A DNA stretch of 64,000 bases from Eledone cirrhosa (Eukaryota), in NCBI GenBank assembly GCA_964016885.1, contig OZ024740.1:50530001-50594000 (forward strand). The letters run 5' to 3'. How positions within the stretch are numbered: position 1 is the stretch's first letter; each line of letters opens with the position of its first letter. Shown here one piece after another: positions 27,095 to 38,862 of the stretch. The position numbers were made by a program, and so were the translations under genes. The notes beneath the pieces were generated by a model, which was given only the letters and a program-made list of their open reading frames with translations, searched no databases and was not told the origin of the DNA.

Positions 27095-28490
27095 GTTATA
27101 GCACAGCTGATGAGGAACCAAATTATCCTAGATGAGATGCAGTTTGGATTTGTGCCAGGTAATAGTACCACAGATACCCTCTTGCTTGTGAGGCAACTGC
27201 AGAAGTACCTAGCTAAAAGTAAACCCTCTACTTAGTTTTTGTTGACCTGGAGAAAACCTTTGACAGAGTCCCCCATTCCATTATCTGGTGGGCTCTTAGA
27301 AAACTAGGAGTAAATTAGTGAGGGCAGTACAAGCCATGTATAGAGGAACAGTCAGCAAGGTCAGAATTAACTGACTATAGCGAATAATTTAGCGTGCAGG
27401 TCGGTGTCCATCAGGGATCAGTTCTTAGCCCTCTCCTGTTAATTATCGTCCAGCAGGCTATAACAGAAGAGTTTAAGATGCATGACTTAACCCTTAGAGC
27501 TGAATCTATGGCAGAATTAGAGAAGAAATTCCAAACCTGGCCTAGTCTCAAAAGGTCTTAAAGTTAACTTGTCAAAGACCAAAGTTCTAGTATGTAGAAA
27601 GGAAAATAGGGCCCAAATTCCCTCAGTATGCAGAAAAGGAGTAGGTAGAAATCGTATCTTATATGGAGGCACATGGCTTAGTGGTTAGAGCATTGGCCTT
27701 GCAATTGAAAGGTTGTGAGTTCAATTCTCAGACCGGGTGATGTGTTGTTTCCTTGAGCAAGACACTTTATTCCACATTGCTCCAGTTTACTCAGCTGTAG
27801 AAATGAGATGATAGGGACTGGGGTCCCTATCATTCCATTGCAAAGTGGTCGTGGAGGTGCCACGGCAAAAAAGCACCCAGCACTCACTGTAAATGAGGTT
27901 GGTGTTAGGAAGGGCATCCAGCTGTAGAAATCAAGCCAGAATCAGTTCCCGTCCCACCCTTGCAAGCAGGGAAAAGCGGACGTAAAAATGAAATGATGAT
28001 GATATCCCAAATGCAAACTATAGGTACACAAGAGATATAGTGGGATGTCAGGCAAGCTAGCAAAGAACATAGGTTTTACATGTAGCTGATGCACAGCGAC
28101 AGTAAGTAGTAACAGCTCTCAGGATACAAACTTCAAATGCCCAGAGGGTTCTGTAGTAGTTGAGTGCTTCTGTTACCTGGGTGACAAAATTAGCAGTGGA
28201 GGAAGATGTTCTGAAAGCACAGTAGCCAGAGAAAGCACAGATTGGAAGAAGTTCAGGGAGATACTACTGTTGCTAACTACAAAAGTTTTTTTCCCTCAAA
28301 ATAAAGGGCAGATTGTATGATGCATGTGTATAAACAGCAATGGTAATGAACCTGGGCACTGTGTGCAGAGGACCTATGAAGAATGGATGTGTAATGGTAA
28401 TATACATGAACGGCAAAGGATAAATGAGCTGAGAGAGAAATTGGGCATAAGAGGGATCAGATGTAGTGTGCAGGAGAGGAGATTGCATAG
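27095..28490 (+). mobile_element. Decayed RTE LINE (RT domain to C-terminus), interrupted by a SINE
   Basis: It reads LDEMQFGFVPG.STTD...VRQLQ.KYL / FVDLEKTFDRVP / VGVHQGSVLSPLL / CYLGDKISSGG / ERQRINELREKLGIRGIRC, with many frameshifts. Confidence 0.9.
27665..28003 (+). mobile_element. Full-length CORE-type tRNA SINE with RTE-derived tail
   Basis: It has a tRNA head ggaggcacatggcttagtggttag...gagttcaattc, a CORE-like ccttgagcaagacacttt, and the tail gttaggaagggcatccagctgtagaaa...(gat)n. It is near-identical to 59630-59961. Confidence 0.9.
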
Positions 28491-28944
28491 ACGGAAGTCT
28501 TTCATCTGAAGATTCCATATCTTATTTAAAAAAAAAAAAAGAACTAGCCTCAAGAAGAGCATTCAATCACAGAATTCTGCTTAAAAAAAATTTCCTGTTT
28601 AACCTATGCCAACACGGGAACATGAATATAAAAACAATGACAATGATGATCAAATGATATCAATAACTCCAATAAAATGATATGCAAAGAGATGGATTTA
28701 TTTTTGTAATTCATAGAAATACTAGCAATGCCTGCACACACACAGACAGACACTTTCTGTAAATTACTACTGTATAAAACCAACAAATTAACTCTAATGA
28801 TATGTTCCACTATCAATGTAAACAGGAAATCAACACTTAAGCAATTAAGACTATGTTTGAAATAATTAGCAAGGAGGGAAGTCACAACTAATTACTATTA
28901 TTTTCTTTTTATAATAAAATGACCAACTATATAGTTTTACAGAA

Positions 28945-29055
28945 TAGATCAACCCCACTCACAAAATCGATTAACCCCACTCACAAAATTGATTAACCAC
29001 ACTCACAAAATTGATCAACCCCACTCACAAAATTGATCAACCCCACTCACAAAAT
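28945..29055. repeat. 21-bp tandem repeat (gatcaaccccactcacaaaat), ~5 copies
   Basis: Directly visible. Confidence 0.85.
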
Positions 29056-29149
29056 TTCAAGGTAGGGCTTATATGTACAACTGGTAATTTTATTTATGGA
29101 ATATATAATGTAAATACAGTTTAATAGGAAAAGAAAAAAAGAAAATTTA

Positions 29150-29390
29150 GATTGAAAAGAATGGAATGTAAAATAGGAAATATAAAGAAAAAAAATGGAA
29201 AAGGGAGGGAATGGCAAGGACTCGTGTCTCAGAAGAATGGGGAGGAGAGGATGATTGGGCTCTGGGCCTAGGGTGCGGTAGTAAAGTGGCTACGCCCTGC
29301 AGACAAGACTGCAAAAGCACTCCTGCAGACAATGGCCAGCGACACCCGCTGCAACAGCCACCCCACCTCGCAGGGCTCCTTCCTCCAATG
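29150..29390 (-). mobile_element. CRE-like retrotransposon 3' end (second subfamily)
   Basis: It reads EPCEVGWLLQRVSLAIVCRSAFAVL followed by a pyrimidine-rich 3' UTR, and is paralogous to 31965-32370. Confidence 0.65.
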
Positions 29391-29574
29391 ACACAATATA
29401 TCAATGAAGGAGCTTTTTTTTTTACAATTCCTTGGATTGCTCTAAATAGGAGCAAAACACTAATTTGTAAGGCCAGACCAATTTGACCAAAGTTTGAATT
29501 TCAACTCTGTAATTTAAATATTTAAATTCTTTTATCCACAAGGATCCTCATTATTCACAACTGTAGTAACTAGA

Positions 29575-30093
29575 ATAAGAACAGGGCATGAAAGGTTCAG
29601 GAAACTACTCTCTATACTGGTGACAAAGGGAGTTCTCTCTCTGAGAAATGGGTAGAGTGTGTGATGCATGCATGCAAAGTGCAATATTGCATGGCAGTGA
29701 GACATGGACAGTGAATGAGGAAGATGTGCAAAGGTTAGAGAGAAACAAATCAACAATACCCTATTGGATGGATAACATTAGGTGAAGCATGGATGAGCTA
29801 AGAGAAAACTAAGCATGAAAGGAATCAATGTGTACAGAAGAAAAAATTGTGCTGGTATTGATATGTAAATCATGTGGGTGATGATTATTGGGTGAAGAGG
29901 TGCCAAGAGTTTCAAGTGAAAGGAAGCTGTGGAAGGGGGAAACAAAGAGATGGGCAGACTTGGTGAAAGCTGAACTAAGAATACTATACCACACAAAACA
30001 GATGACAAAGAAAAGAAACAAGTAAAGAGAACTTGTCAAATCCATGCAAGTACCAAAAAACAGACACAAAACTGATGATGATGATGATGATGA
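29575..30093 (+). mobile_element. Decayed RTE LINE 3' fragment
   Basis: It resembles the 63361-63900 ORF and ends ...tccatgcaag...(gat)n. Confidence 0.7.
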
Positions 30094-30386
30094 TACCAAC
30101 AAAAAAGGAGGAGGATTTTCCTATCATGTTATTACCAATATTTAATCAAAGATTAAATACCCAAACCTAAGTTTAATATTCTATAAGATATAAGGTTAAC
30201 ATTCTCAAAATGTGGCATCTATATAATGTAAAACCTCAAAAATCCAGACATAATCTATCTAACAGGGTATATTCATGTACAATATTCTTTTATAAGAAAT
30301 TATGGTTTAAACCAATTCAATTAAGCATTTTTCTTGCTGTGGAAAGAAGCTGGAAAGAAGTTTTAGTTAATCTACAAAAATGAAGC

Positions 30387-30433
<47 letters not shown>

Positions 30434-30522
30434 GTAATTCCGAAGGAAAAGCAAAGGAAAAAAGAGTGCTCTATGTATAGAACAGAGCTATTTAATTAGA
30501 AAGTAAACACAAAATATAACTA

Positions 30523-30590
30523 CTCCATTACCAAAGGTTTCTGGATCCCAGACAATATTAATATATGTCTGGATCGGTCATCAGATAGAG
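30523..30590 (-). ncRNA. Type I hammerhead ribozyme motif (left arm of palindrome)
   Basis: It reads ctctat-CTGATGA-cc gatccagaca...tgtctgggatc ca-GAAAC-ctttg-GTA-atggag. Stems I, II and III and the core can all be assigned, but the base of stem II is imperfect. Confidence 0.65.
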
Positions 30591-30607
30591 ATGTTATGGC
30601 ATAACAT

Positions 30608-30675
30608 CTCTGTCTGATGAACGGTCCAGGCATATATTAATATTGTCTGGGATCCAGAAACCTTTGGTAATGGAG
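30608..30675 (+). ncRNA. Type I hammerhead ribozyme motif (right arm of palindrome)
   Basis: It reads ctctgt-CTGATGA(30614-20)-stem II-GAAAC(30657-61)-ctttg-GTA(30667-69)-atggag. Confidence 0.6.
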
Positions 30676-30793
30676 TAGTTATATTTTGTGTTCACTTTCT
30701 AATATATGTATATATGTATGTATATATATATACAACACGCATATATATATATATATACTGCACGCATATATTTATATATATATATATAGTACA

Positions 30794-30833
<40 letters not shown>

Positions 30834-30957
30834 ACGCATATATATATATGTATGTGTATATATAATCTTTACATATACATATATAAAGGTTATATATACA
30901 TTCGTATGTGTGTGTGTATGCATGTATGTATAACCTTTTCACATTGTAGTTCTTTAC

Positions 30958-31109
30958 CTTTGCAATAAAAGATCAAGTTTATTTCCATAAGAAAGGATGG
31001 TATCTTGTGCTTCTTTGTGTTTGAGAGTCTCGGCAACTGATTTGCCTATTTTCAAAATAATATCTCCTGATTGGAGTCCACATTTGGCAGCCAAGCTTCC
31101 TGATGTTAC
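30958..31109 (-). CDS. PDZ-domain protein, coding exon 2 (second half of PDZ)
   Basis: The exon has acceptor ttctgtttgttttAG and donor GTAAAG. Its 152 nt translate as VTSGSLAAKCGLQSGDIILKIGKSVAETLKHKEAQDTILSYGNKLDLLLQ(R), with the A..GL..GD.I..I and H.EAQ..I PDZ motifs. It joins exon 1 in phase 0 and ends in phase 2. Confidence 0.92.
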
Positions 31110-31469
31110 CTAAAACAAACAGAAACAGAAATTTCAATACCAATAAACATTATACAGCATCTCTAATTCAAATAAATATTCCATCATTTGCAATATAATG
31201 TAGATTTAAGTTCAGCCATATATGGTTGGAGTAACTTACACTAACCATCCCTCATACTAAAATTCTTCATTCCTACATCCAATTTTCTATTTCTCCAGAA
31301 ACTTTGCCAGCTACTATTAAAAAATAACAGCAACAGCACCAACAAATGTTACAAGACTAAGACTAAACATTACACAGCCTGCAGCTGGTCGACCGGCAAA
31401 GAAAACTTTTATCTAAATGTAGCAGCTAGATCTATATTTAGCTTTCCCTTCATATAACCAAACATTTAT

Positions 31470-31860
31470 TCATCATCATCACTGTTTAACATCTATTTTC
31501 CATGTTTGCATGGATTACATAGGTTGTCATGTACTGAAGCTAGACAGATCAGATGACCATGTTTAGCTCAAATGTACTAATTTTGGCTTCGTTTCTACAG
31601 CTGCATGCCCTTTCTAATGCCAACCCTTTTACAGCATGTACTGGGAATAGTTTTTGTGGTATCAGCACTACCAACTAACAGGGTGGACTAGGTACTTTTT
31701 GTTGTGGCATCAGCACTATCACTTTACAGGGTGGACTGGATGCTGTTATCATGGAACCAGCACCATTTTACAGGGTGACCTAGGTGCATTTTATTGACAT
31801 CAGCACAACCACTTTACAGGGTGGACTGGGTGTATGTTATCACATCACCAGCACTACTTC
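31470..31860 (-). mobile_element. RTE-tail repeat with internal ~42-bp tandem amplification
   Basis: It has a catcatcatc tail and repeated cagcactaccactttacagggtggactgg units. Confidence 0.7.
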
Positions 31861-31964
31861 ATTGTGTTATTTGGGTTAGTTAAGTTAGTGTTAGCATATT
31901 TAATGCAGGGAGCTTTAAAAAAAGCTAACTAGAAATAATTATGTAATGAGGAATTAATAATAGT

Positions 31965-32370
31965 CCACAAACTCCGGTACTGCGGCCCGCTATGTAGAGG
32001 AAAGGAAGATAAACAAATACCGGGGATTGTCCGGCTGCTTCCTCTTTGCACCGGTCACCGTCAAGATTTTGGCCATACTTGGACCTCGCACTGCAGAGCT
32101 CCTCCACAAGATCAGAATGTCATCAGCAGTCTATCTGAGGAAAGACCCCGCCAGATGGGGTGGCTGTTGTAGTAGGTGTCGCTGGCTATTGTCTGTGGGA
32201 TGTAGCCCCATTACTGCCATACCCAGAGCCAAGCCACCCTCCCCCTCCTCATTCTTCTGTGATACTAGAGCCCTTACCTTTCCCTTCCTTTTCTGTTTTT
32301 TTAATATTTTCTTATTTTACAATCCATTCTTTTTTCTCAATCTAAATATTTTTTTCTTTTTCTATTAAAT
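31965..32370 (+). mobile_element. CRE-like retrotransposon 3' end
   Basis: It reads KEDKQIPGLSGCFLFAPVTVKILAILGPRTAELLHKI / GWLL.QVSLAIVCG, and shares its 3' UTR with 29150-29390. Confidence 0.7.
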
Positions 32371-32668
32371 TGTATTTACATGATATATTAATTCAATAAC
32401 AACAGATATATTTTAATTCTTTTGTCAAGTACAAAAGATAACTTTGGACATGTTTCAGTTTTATTAAACCCCATCAAAGAAACTTAGACTTCATATTTGC
32501 TATGTACACTAGTAGGGCACAGAATGATAAAACTGTTTAGAGAATTAATTATGCAGAAATTCAATCTAGATGAAAAAACAATGGTTAAGTCAATGTTAAT
32601 AATGTTTTTAATTAACTTTTTAATACTCCCTGCACTAACTACTGCTTTTCCATGTGGATGCTGTTTAA

Positions 32669-32879
32669 CCCTTTAGCATTTACATTACTCTATATTTACT
32701 ATTATATTTTCACTGTAAAGGCTTAATTAGCTCGCATAATATCGAATCTATGAGATTTTGATACTATTTATTTTGAGAACAATACCTTAATGAAAGTACA
32801 AGTGGCTGGTTATGGCTGGTTTGAACAGAAAGAGGTGAGAGAATTCTGGCCGGATACAGCCGGTTTAAATGCTGAAGGG
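32669..32879. mobile_element. piggyBac-like MITE
   Basis: It reads TTAA|CCCTTTAGCATTT...AAATGCTGAAGGG|TTAA. A second copy lies in the opposite orientation at 44520-44738. Confidence 0.85.
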
Positions 32880-33013
32880 TTAAAGTGTAAGTGAAGTTGC
32901 CTCCTGTGCTTGCTGAAAGAACTGAAATAATAACCAATAACCAATGTTTTTATCTGAGTGTCTAAATAGTTAGCTATTTGATGCCTCCTGCATTAACTAT
33001 GTTCACTCTAACT

Positions 33014-33355
33014 CAGAGGTTCTCAAAGTGGATACTACCGCCCCCCTCCTCCTCCCCATTGAACATTTCCAGGGGGGGCACTGGGGCCTAAGGGGGCAGT
33101 AAAGATGATGATATAGTATATCAAATGTCAAATGATACATATTATATATATAAATATAGTAAAACAAAAACTATATAATATCTATTTATACATAATTTAT
33201 ATATAATAAATATGATATATACTAACGATTTTATTTATCATATATTATTTACAATTTGCGTGTAGGCAGGTCTGTCTGGAAATAGAGGTGGGAGGCGCTG
33301 AGGGTATTACATGGCTGTGAGGGGGGGGGGGGCCCTAAAAGTTTGAGAACCTCTG
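33014..33355. mobile_element. hAT (Charlie-like) MITE
   Basis: The TIRs are CAGAGGTTCTCAAA / TTTGAGAACCTCTG and the 8-bp TSD is ctctaact / gtctaact. Confidence 0.88.
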
Positions 33356-33544
33356 GTCTAACTTGAGAAATAATATTTTTTCTTTTTCTTTTCATGCAGA
33401 TGACGTCTACGAGTAATATATTTTCAGAACATCCATTCTTTTAATTTGAGTGGATAAATCAACAAAAAACGAAAATAATAAAAATTTAAAAAAACCTAAT
33501 ATTTTAGTGGCTAGGGAAACTTGACATTGTGATGTCATCAGAGT

Positions 33545-34115
33545 CAGATTAAGTTCTGACCAGGGTCTATTACCACCTGTGGGAGGCGGGGGGATATCAC
33601 ATCTGACTTGGACCCATTTCCACCTGAGAGGTGAGGGCTATCACATCTGACCTGGGGGGGGGTCTATTACCACATGAGAGGGGGTGAGGGCTATCACATC
33701 TGACCTAGGCCTATTACCACCTGAGAGGGGGAGGGGTCTATCACATCTGACCTAGGCCTATTACCACCTGAGAGGGGGGAGGAGTCTATCACATCTGACC
33801 TAGGCCTATTACCACCTGATGGGGAGGGGGGAGGGGGTTATCACATCTGACCTAGGCCTATTACCATCTGAGGTGGGAGGGGGGGTCTATCACAACTGAC
33901 CTAGGCCTATTACCACCTGGGAGTGGGGGCTACATTTCCCATTTGACCTGGGTTTATTACTAGCTTGGAGGGGATACATTTCACATCCGGTCTGGGCCTA
34001 TTGCCATTTTAAGGAAGAGGGCAGCATTTAACTCCTGACCTAGGACTATTATCACCTAGCGGGTGGTTATATTTCACATTTGACCTTGGCCTATTACCAG
34101 CGTTGCACAGGCCTG
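33545..34115. repeat. G-rich ~40-48-bp degenerate tandem repeat (~12 copies)
   Basis: The unit is ctatcacatctgacctaggcctattaccacctgagagggggagggg. A related short inverted relic lies at ~38230-38330. Confidence 0.85.
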
Positions 34116-34359
34116 ACCATATACATTGCTTGTCAAGATGGTCTCTGCTTCTTCTCTGGCACTTAACCTTGATGATACCAAACTGCCTGAAACTCACCAT
34201 CGTACTATGATACAAAACTGTTTTAAAGTTTTTCTATTTATCTAAAAACCATCCATCATAATTTTATGTAAGAACCTTTGTTAAGTTATATTCTAAACAC
34301 AAGCTTAATAATGAAAAAGTTACCTATATATACTTGAATATAATTGAAGGAATATGTGA

Positions 34360-34403
<44 letters not shown>

Positions 34404-35029
34404 GGTTTATATTCAGGGTCAATATTTTGACAATTTTCACCAACTTCAAAGTCTATGTAAATAAGTTTGGATTTTTGCCCATTTCTCAGACATGGAATAG
34501 TGGGGTTGGTTTATATTCAAGTATATATATATTTGAAACACATGGTAGTTATGTTTCAAACACCATCTTGATAAGAAAATTAGTTATATAATTAAATCCC
34601 TCCAAATTTTTATTATTTTCAAAATGATTTGAAAATCATAGGCAGTATCTTTTATAAGAAATATGGTAATGAATGAGTTAACAGATATTTATTACTACAC
34701 AAAAACCTGAGATTGTTAGAGACAGAATTGTGGTGCTTAAATATTTTCTTAAAAGTATTAGCAATGAAATTACATTGAAACAGTTCTAATATAATTTCTA
34801 TTCACATCTACGATGCATTCACCATCACCGTTTTGCATGGTTTTTCATATAGAGACCTACATCTGTACACAAGTGGTACTTTATTTTATCAATCCCAGAA
34901 AGATAAAAGGTAAAGTTGACCCTGGTGGGATTAGAAATCAGAAAGTAAATATAGAGCTGAAACTAAATATTATATTTTGCCTGTTGCAACACCTGTTAAT
35001 ATACATATATTTAGCTTTGGCAAACACCT

Positions 35030-35512
35030 AGCCCAGTCTACCTTGTAAGGTGGTCATGTTGGTAACATGACAAAAAGCGCCTCATACACCCTGTAAAGCA
35101 GTCATACTGGTGACATGAAAAAGCAGCACCCAGTCCACCCTGCAAGGTGGTTGTACTGGTGACATGACAAAAGCACCCAGTCCACCGTCAAGTGGTCGTG
35201 TTGGTAACATGACAAAAAGCACCTAGTCCACCCTGTAAGGCAGCCGTGCTGGTGACACGAAAAAGAATCATCCAGTCCACCTTTCAAGGTGGTCATGTTG
35301 GTGACAGGAGAAAAAAAAAGGCACCCAATCCACCCTGTGAGGTGGTCGTTTTGGTGCAACGATAAAAATCACCCAGTCCACACTGTAGGTCGATGTTAGG
35401 GAGGGCATCCAGCCTTAGAAACCAAGACAAAATATAGATCCATCCGTTTCATAACGTGACAACCTGTCTAAACCATGCAAGCATGGAAAAGTGGACGTTA
35501 AACGACAATGGT
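35030..35512 (+). mobile_element. RTE-tail repeat with ~9 tandem ~41-bp units
   Basis: Units of aaaaagcacccagtccaccctgtaaggtggtcgtgctggtgacatgac are followed by gttaggagggcatccag...catgcaagcatggaaaagtggacgttaaacg. Confidence 0.8.
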
Positions 35513-37159
35513 AATGGCAAGGTTAAAAGTTTTGAAGGTAAGTTATTTATTTATTTGATCTCAGTTGTGTTCATTGCCTTAATCCCACTCAAGATTGAAA
35601 ATTATATATTATAAAATGAAATTTAGTCACACCTAAGCATGTTTAGCTGGCCCCCATAGGAGATTTCTCATGTGTTTTCCTATCGTAAAAAGCAACATGA
35701 AATGAAATATTTTGCTCAATGTGCCGCCTGGTCTATAAATCAAACCCACGATTTTATGATTATAAGTTCAGTACTCTTACCACTAGACCACGTGCCTTCA
35801 TCTCTGGGCCTGGTGAGATTAATGTCGTTAATGTTTTAATTAAATTAATGAATATTTGACTAGTACTGTGATGCACAAACATTTGGTTGACAGTTACTAT
35901 AGCTTTAAAGAGACACAAAGAGAACTGAAGACTAAGTGACAGTATGTATGTATTCATGTTCAGTAGCTTAGCTGTTCGACAAAGAGAGATCGATAAAACA
36001 AGTACCAAACTTGAAATAAAGTACTGGGGTCGATAAGATCGACCAAATCAGAGAAGTGCCACAGCATGGCCGCAGTCTACTCACTGAAACATGTGAAAGA
36101 ATAAAAAAAGAATGCATGAAGACTAGAATGAGGATGATTGAAAGAAACTTTGTACCCCTTGATAAAATTCCTCGCAGAGGCCCTATTGTGGAGCTATTGA
36201 TGGGCACCCGAGCTCCTGCATATATATTGGAAAGAAATGAATATATTTTATATGATCTGTGGACACGAAAGGCATTTGGGAAGACAGACAATCTGAATGA
36301 GATGGATAAGTGTGGGTTAGATACCATATAGCTTGTTCGTAATATGAACCAAAAGAATGTTAGTAGCAGCTCAGCATAGTAAAGGCATAGTTTTTATGTT
36401 GTTATGAATGCTTCAGAAGACACCAGCTGTGTTTAATATTTGGAAAGAGAGAGGCAAAATGAATAGGTATCAGTTAAGGGTGGGTGGGTGAGAGAGAGAG
36501 AGAGAGATGTAACAGCAATACATTTTATTGACTAAGCAAAAGATGTTTAATAGATTGTCCGAAGTAACATGTCTGCCAATTAAATAGTTAATGCTCTCCT
36601 ACTAATCTGGAAGATAGGGAGAAACACTTTTTTTTTTATCGACTAACACTTCCCAATAATGCACTTTTAGATACTGTGAAACTCATTCATTTAAGCATGA
36701 ATTTATTTAACAACACTTCTAACATTATTTTATTATGCCTAAAAAAAAAACATTTTTAAACGGTCTTTGGGTTTTTTTTTTTCGATATTTAGAATCTGCA
36801 ATTATTATTTAAAAAAAAAAATATAATATACATTTTGTTTGTATTTAATTCTATAGGAGCTCCTGAGAAATCCCACATTCAATTTCTGTTGTGGTAAGGA
36901 ACAGGTACAACTACCACCCATTCTTCATTCACCTGCCAAGATTAAAGAACTGTCAATTTATACATAAATAAAATAAATAATCCATTGGGAGTGCATACAA
37001 GAGAACTTGAGGCTCACTATAAGTATTTGAAAAGTTTGATCACAAGGGAAAATTAATTGAGCTATTTTATAAAGGAAAGAATGTCACAATAGAGTGTAGC
37101 AACTTCTAGAGAATCAAACTTTCCAGTTGTTGTCTTCCTGTTTCTTCTACAACAACTAC

Positions 37160-37945
37160 AACGGTATGCGATGGGGCCCACCCGCAGCCCCGGGACAGAA
37201 TGGAGAAGGTGTTTCCCCGGAGGACGGCGAGGGAGACGCACTGGAAGAGCCACTCCAACTGGCCAGCTCAGCACCTATGGTGGTGAGTAAGGAGGTAGCC
37301 CTGGGGCCGAGGACACCAGAAGTCTCCACTGTCAGGAGTACGACCGCAAACCTGTCGGAGAGCGACCGGTATTTGAGGAGTTTGGCCCCCTCAGCCTGAC
37401 GTGCAGCAGAACCTGGGTCAGCCGCAGACTGCACCAGGTTGCGGCTGCAGAAAGTGTCGGTGCAAGTGGCATCCCAGACAAAGGGTTTGCCACCGCGGAA
37501 CGGGAAGATGGTCATGCCATCTGGCTTTTTGCCGTCCCCTCGAGCTGGGAAGGGAAGCCTGCAGCGTCCAAGCCATGCTTAATGACCTCGTTGAGGGCAG
37601 CATGGCGACAGGAAAGCGGGTGGAGGCCAAAGAGTCCACGGTGGAACCGCAGCGACATTGGTGTGGCTGGCAGATCCGGAGGCTGAGCTTCAGGGAAATG
37701 CTGATGCGCAGGCTATGGTTGTCTAGCAGCGTGCCAGTGGAGAAGGAGGGCAGGGCATGGAGCCAGGCACCACTATGGGGTTTGGAGGCCACATGAAAAC
37801 AAGCAAGGCAGTGCTGGCGCGTGAGCCTGTCTGAGGCCAGGCTGCACTGGATGGCATCCCAAGTGCGTTGGGGTGACTTGACGCCAACAGGGGGAGAAGG
37901 AGGAGGGACGTCTACTGGGCTAAGTCCCACGTCTCACAGGCGGCC
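37160..37945 (-). mobile_element. CRE-clade non-LTR retrotransposon 3' part (Zn finger + restriction-like endonuclease), pseudogenised
   Basis: It reads HSGAWLHALPS..GTLLDN.SLRISI.L.L..CQPHQCRCG..VD / DGMTIFPFRGGKPFVWDATCTDT..GSAARQAEGAKLLKYRSL..VETSGVLGPRA / VSLAVLRGN, and forms a GC-rich island. Confidence 0.85.
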
Positions 37946-38667
37946 TCACGTTCTCTGAACACAGAGGGTTCTGTTGTGTTTTGAAGAACCCTGGGGTTCT
38001 TTTAATGGCCCCCACCAACCGGGAACTACGACAATCTGCAGTTTCTATTGCTATTTCCATTTACAGATGTATACGATAGAAATATCAATGCGAAATATTA
38101 TCTTCATGATAAGTCTGTTTGCACTTGTAATATAGTCTGGCGCCGGCCCTGGCTGCAGAAACAAATGATGTACGTACATACAATCAAAACCTCTCTTAAA
38201 TTATATCATCATATCCTACCATTTTACTTACAGAGGCCCGCGCAAAGTTGGTAAAAGACCCAGGCCAGATGTAAAATATAAACCACCAAAACTCGTAAGT
38301 CCTGGGCAAATGTAAAACGTAGACCCTATTTTAAAACATTCGTGTTTTAGTAAGCGGTGCGAAATATATAGGATTTATATATGGATTGCTGGTATGTACA
38401 TGTACATGCTGTGCTTACAAGTACTACTCTGGCCTGTGCCTAAAAACAGGATACATTATCTTAACTAATAAAGAAAGGAGTGCGGGATTGCGTCCAGAAT
38501 ATATTTTTTTACCCTGTTTGTAAAATAAATTGGATTACTTTGAATAAATAATGAATGAATATTACATAATTTATGTGCTAAATTTCGTGGCTGTTGATTA
38601 AATATATTTTATAGCTTATTTAAAGATCTTTAAAGTTCACTTCTTTAAAATGTTCAAATGTCAACAC

Positions 38668-38857
38668 TTCCGGTTAGCATGGCAGTATCGGTAGAGAGTC
38701 GGACGCCATGCTTTCCAGCATAGTTACGTCCCTTTACGGTCTGAGTTCAAATCCCGCCGAGGTTCACTTTACCTTTCATCTTTACGGGGTTGATAAAATA
38801 AAGTACCAGTAATGTACTGGTAATTTGCTGGCCTTGTGCCAAAAGTAGAAACAGTTA
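38668..38857 (+). mobile_element. Meta-type SINE
   Basis: Full-length family match. Confidence 0.9.
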
Positions 38858-38862
38858 TGTTA

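Larger units (their letters stand above)
30495..30703. repeat. ~209-bp near-perfect palindrome between (TA)n tracts
   Basis: The centre is atgttatg-g-cataacat at 30599. The arms are ~104 bp with about five mismatches. Confidence 0.95.

Noticed and set aside
14340-27125. Other CTGATGA/CTGAAGA heptamers (~14360 minus, 25684 minus, 26835, 27108)
   Set aside because: They lack a paired stem II followed by GAAA and a UH triplet; 27108 lies in LINE coding sequence.
27665-27740. tRNA-like sequences (also ~22627, 38668, 45713, 59890)
   Set aside because: These are A/B-box heads of SINEs that continue into SINE bodies; no complete cloverleaf is present.
36056-36331. 91-aa plus ORF
   Set aside because: It starts within a SINE tail and has no recognisable domain or splice support.
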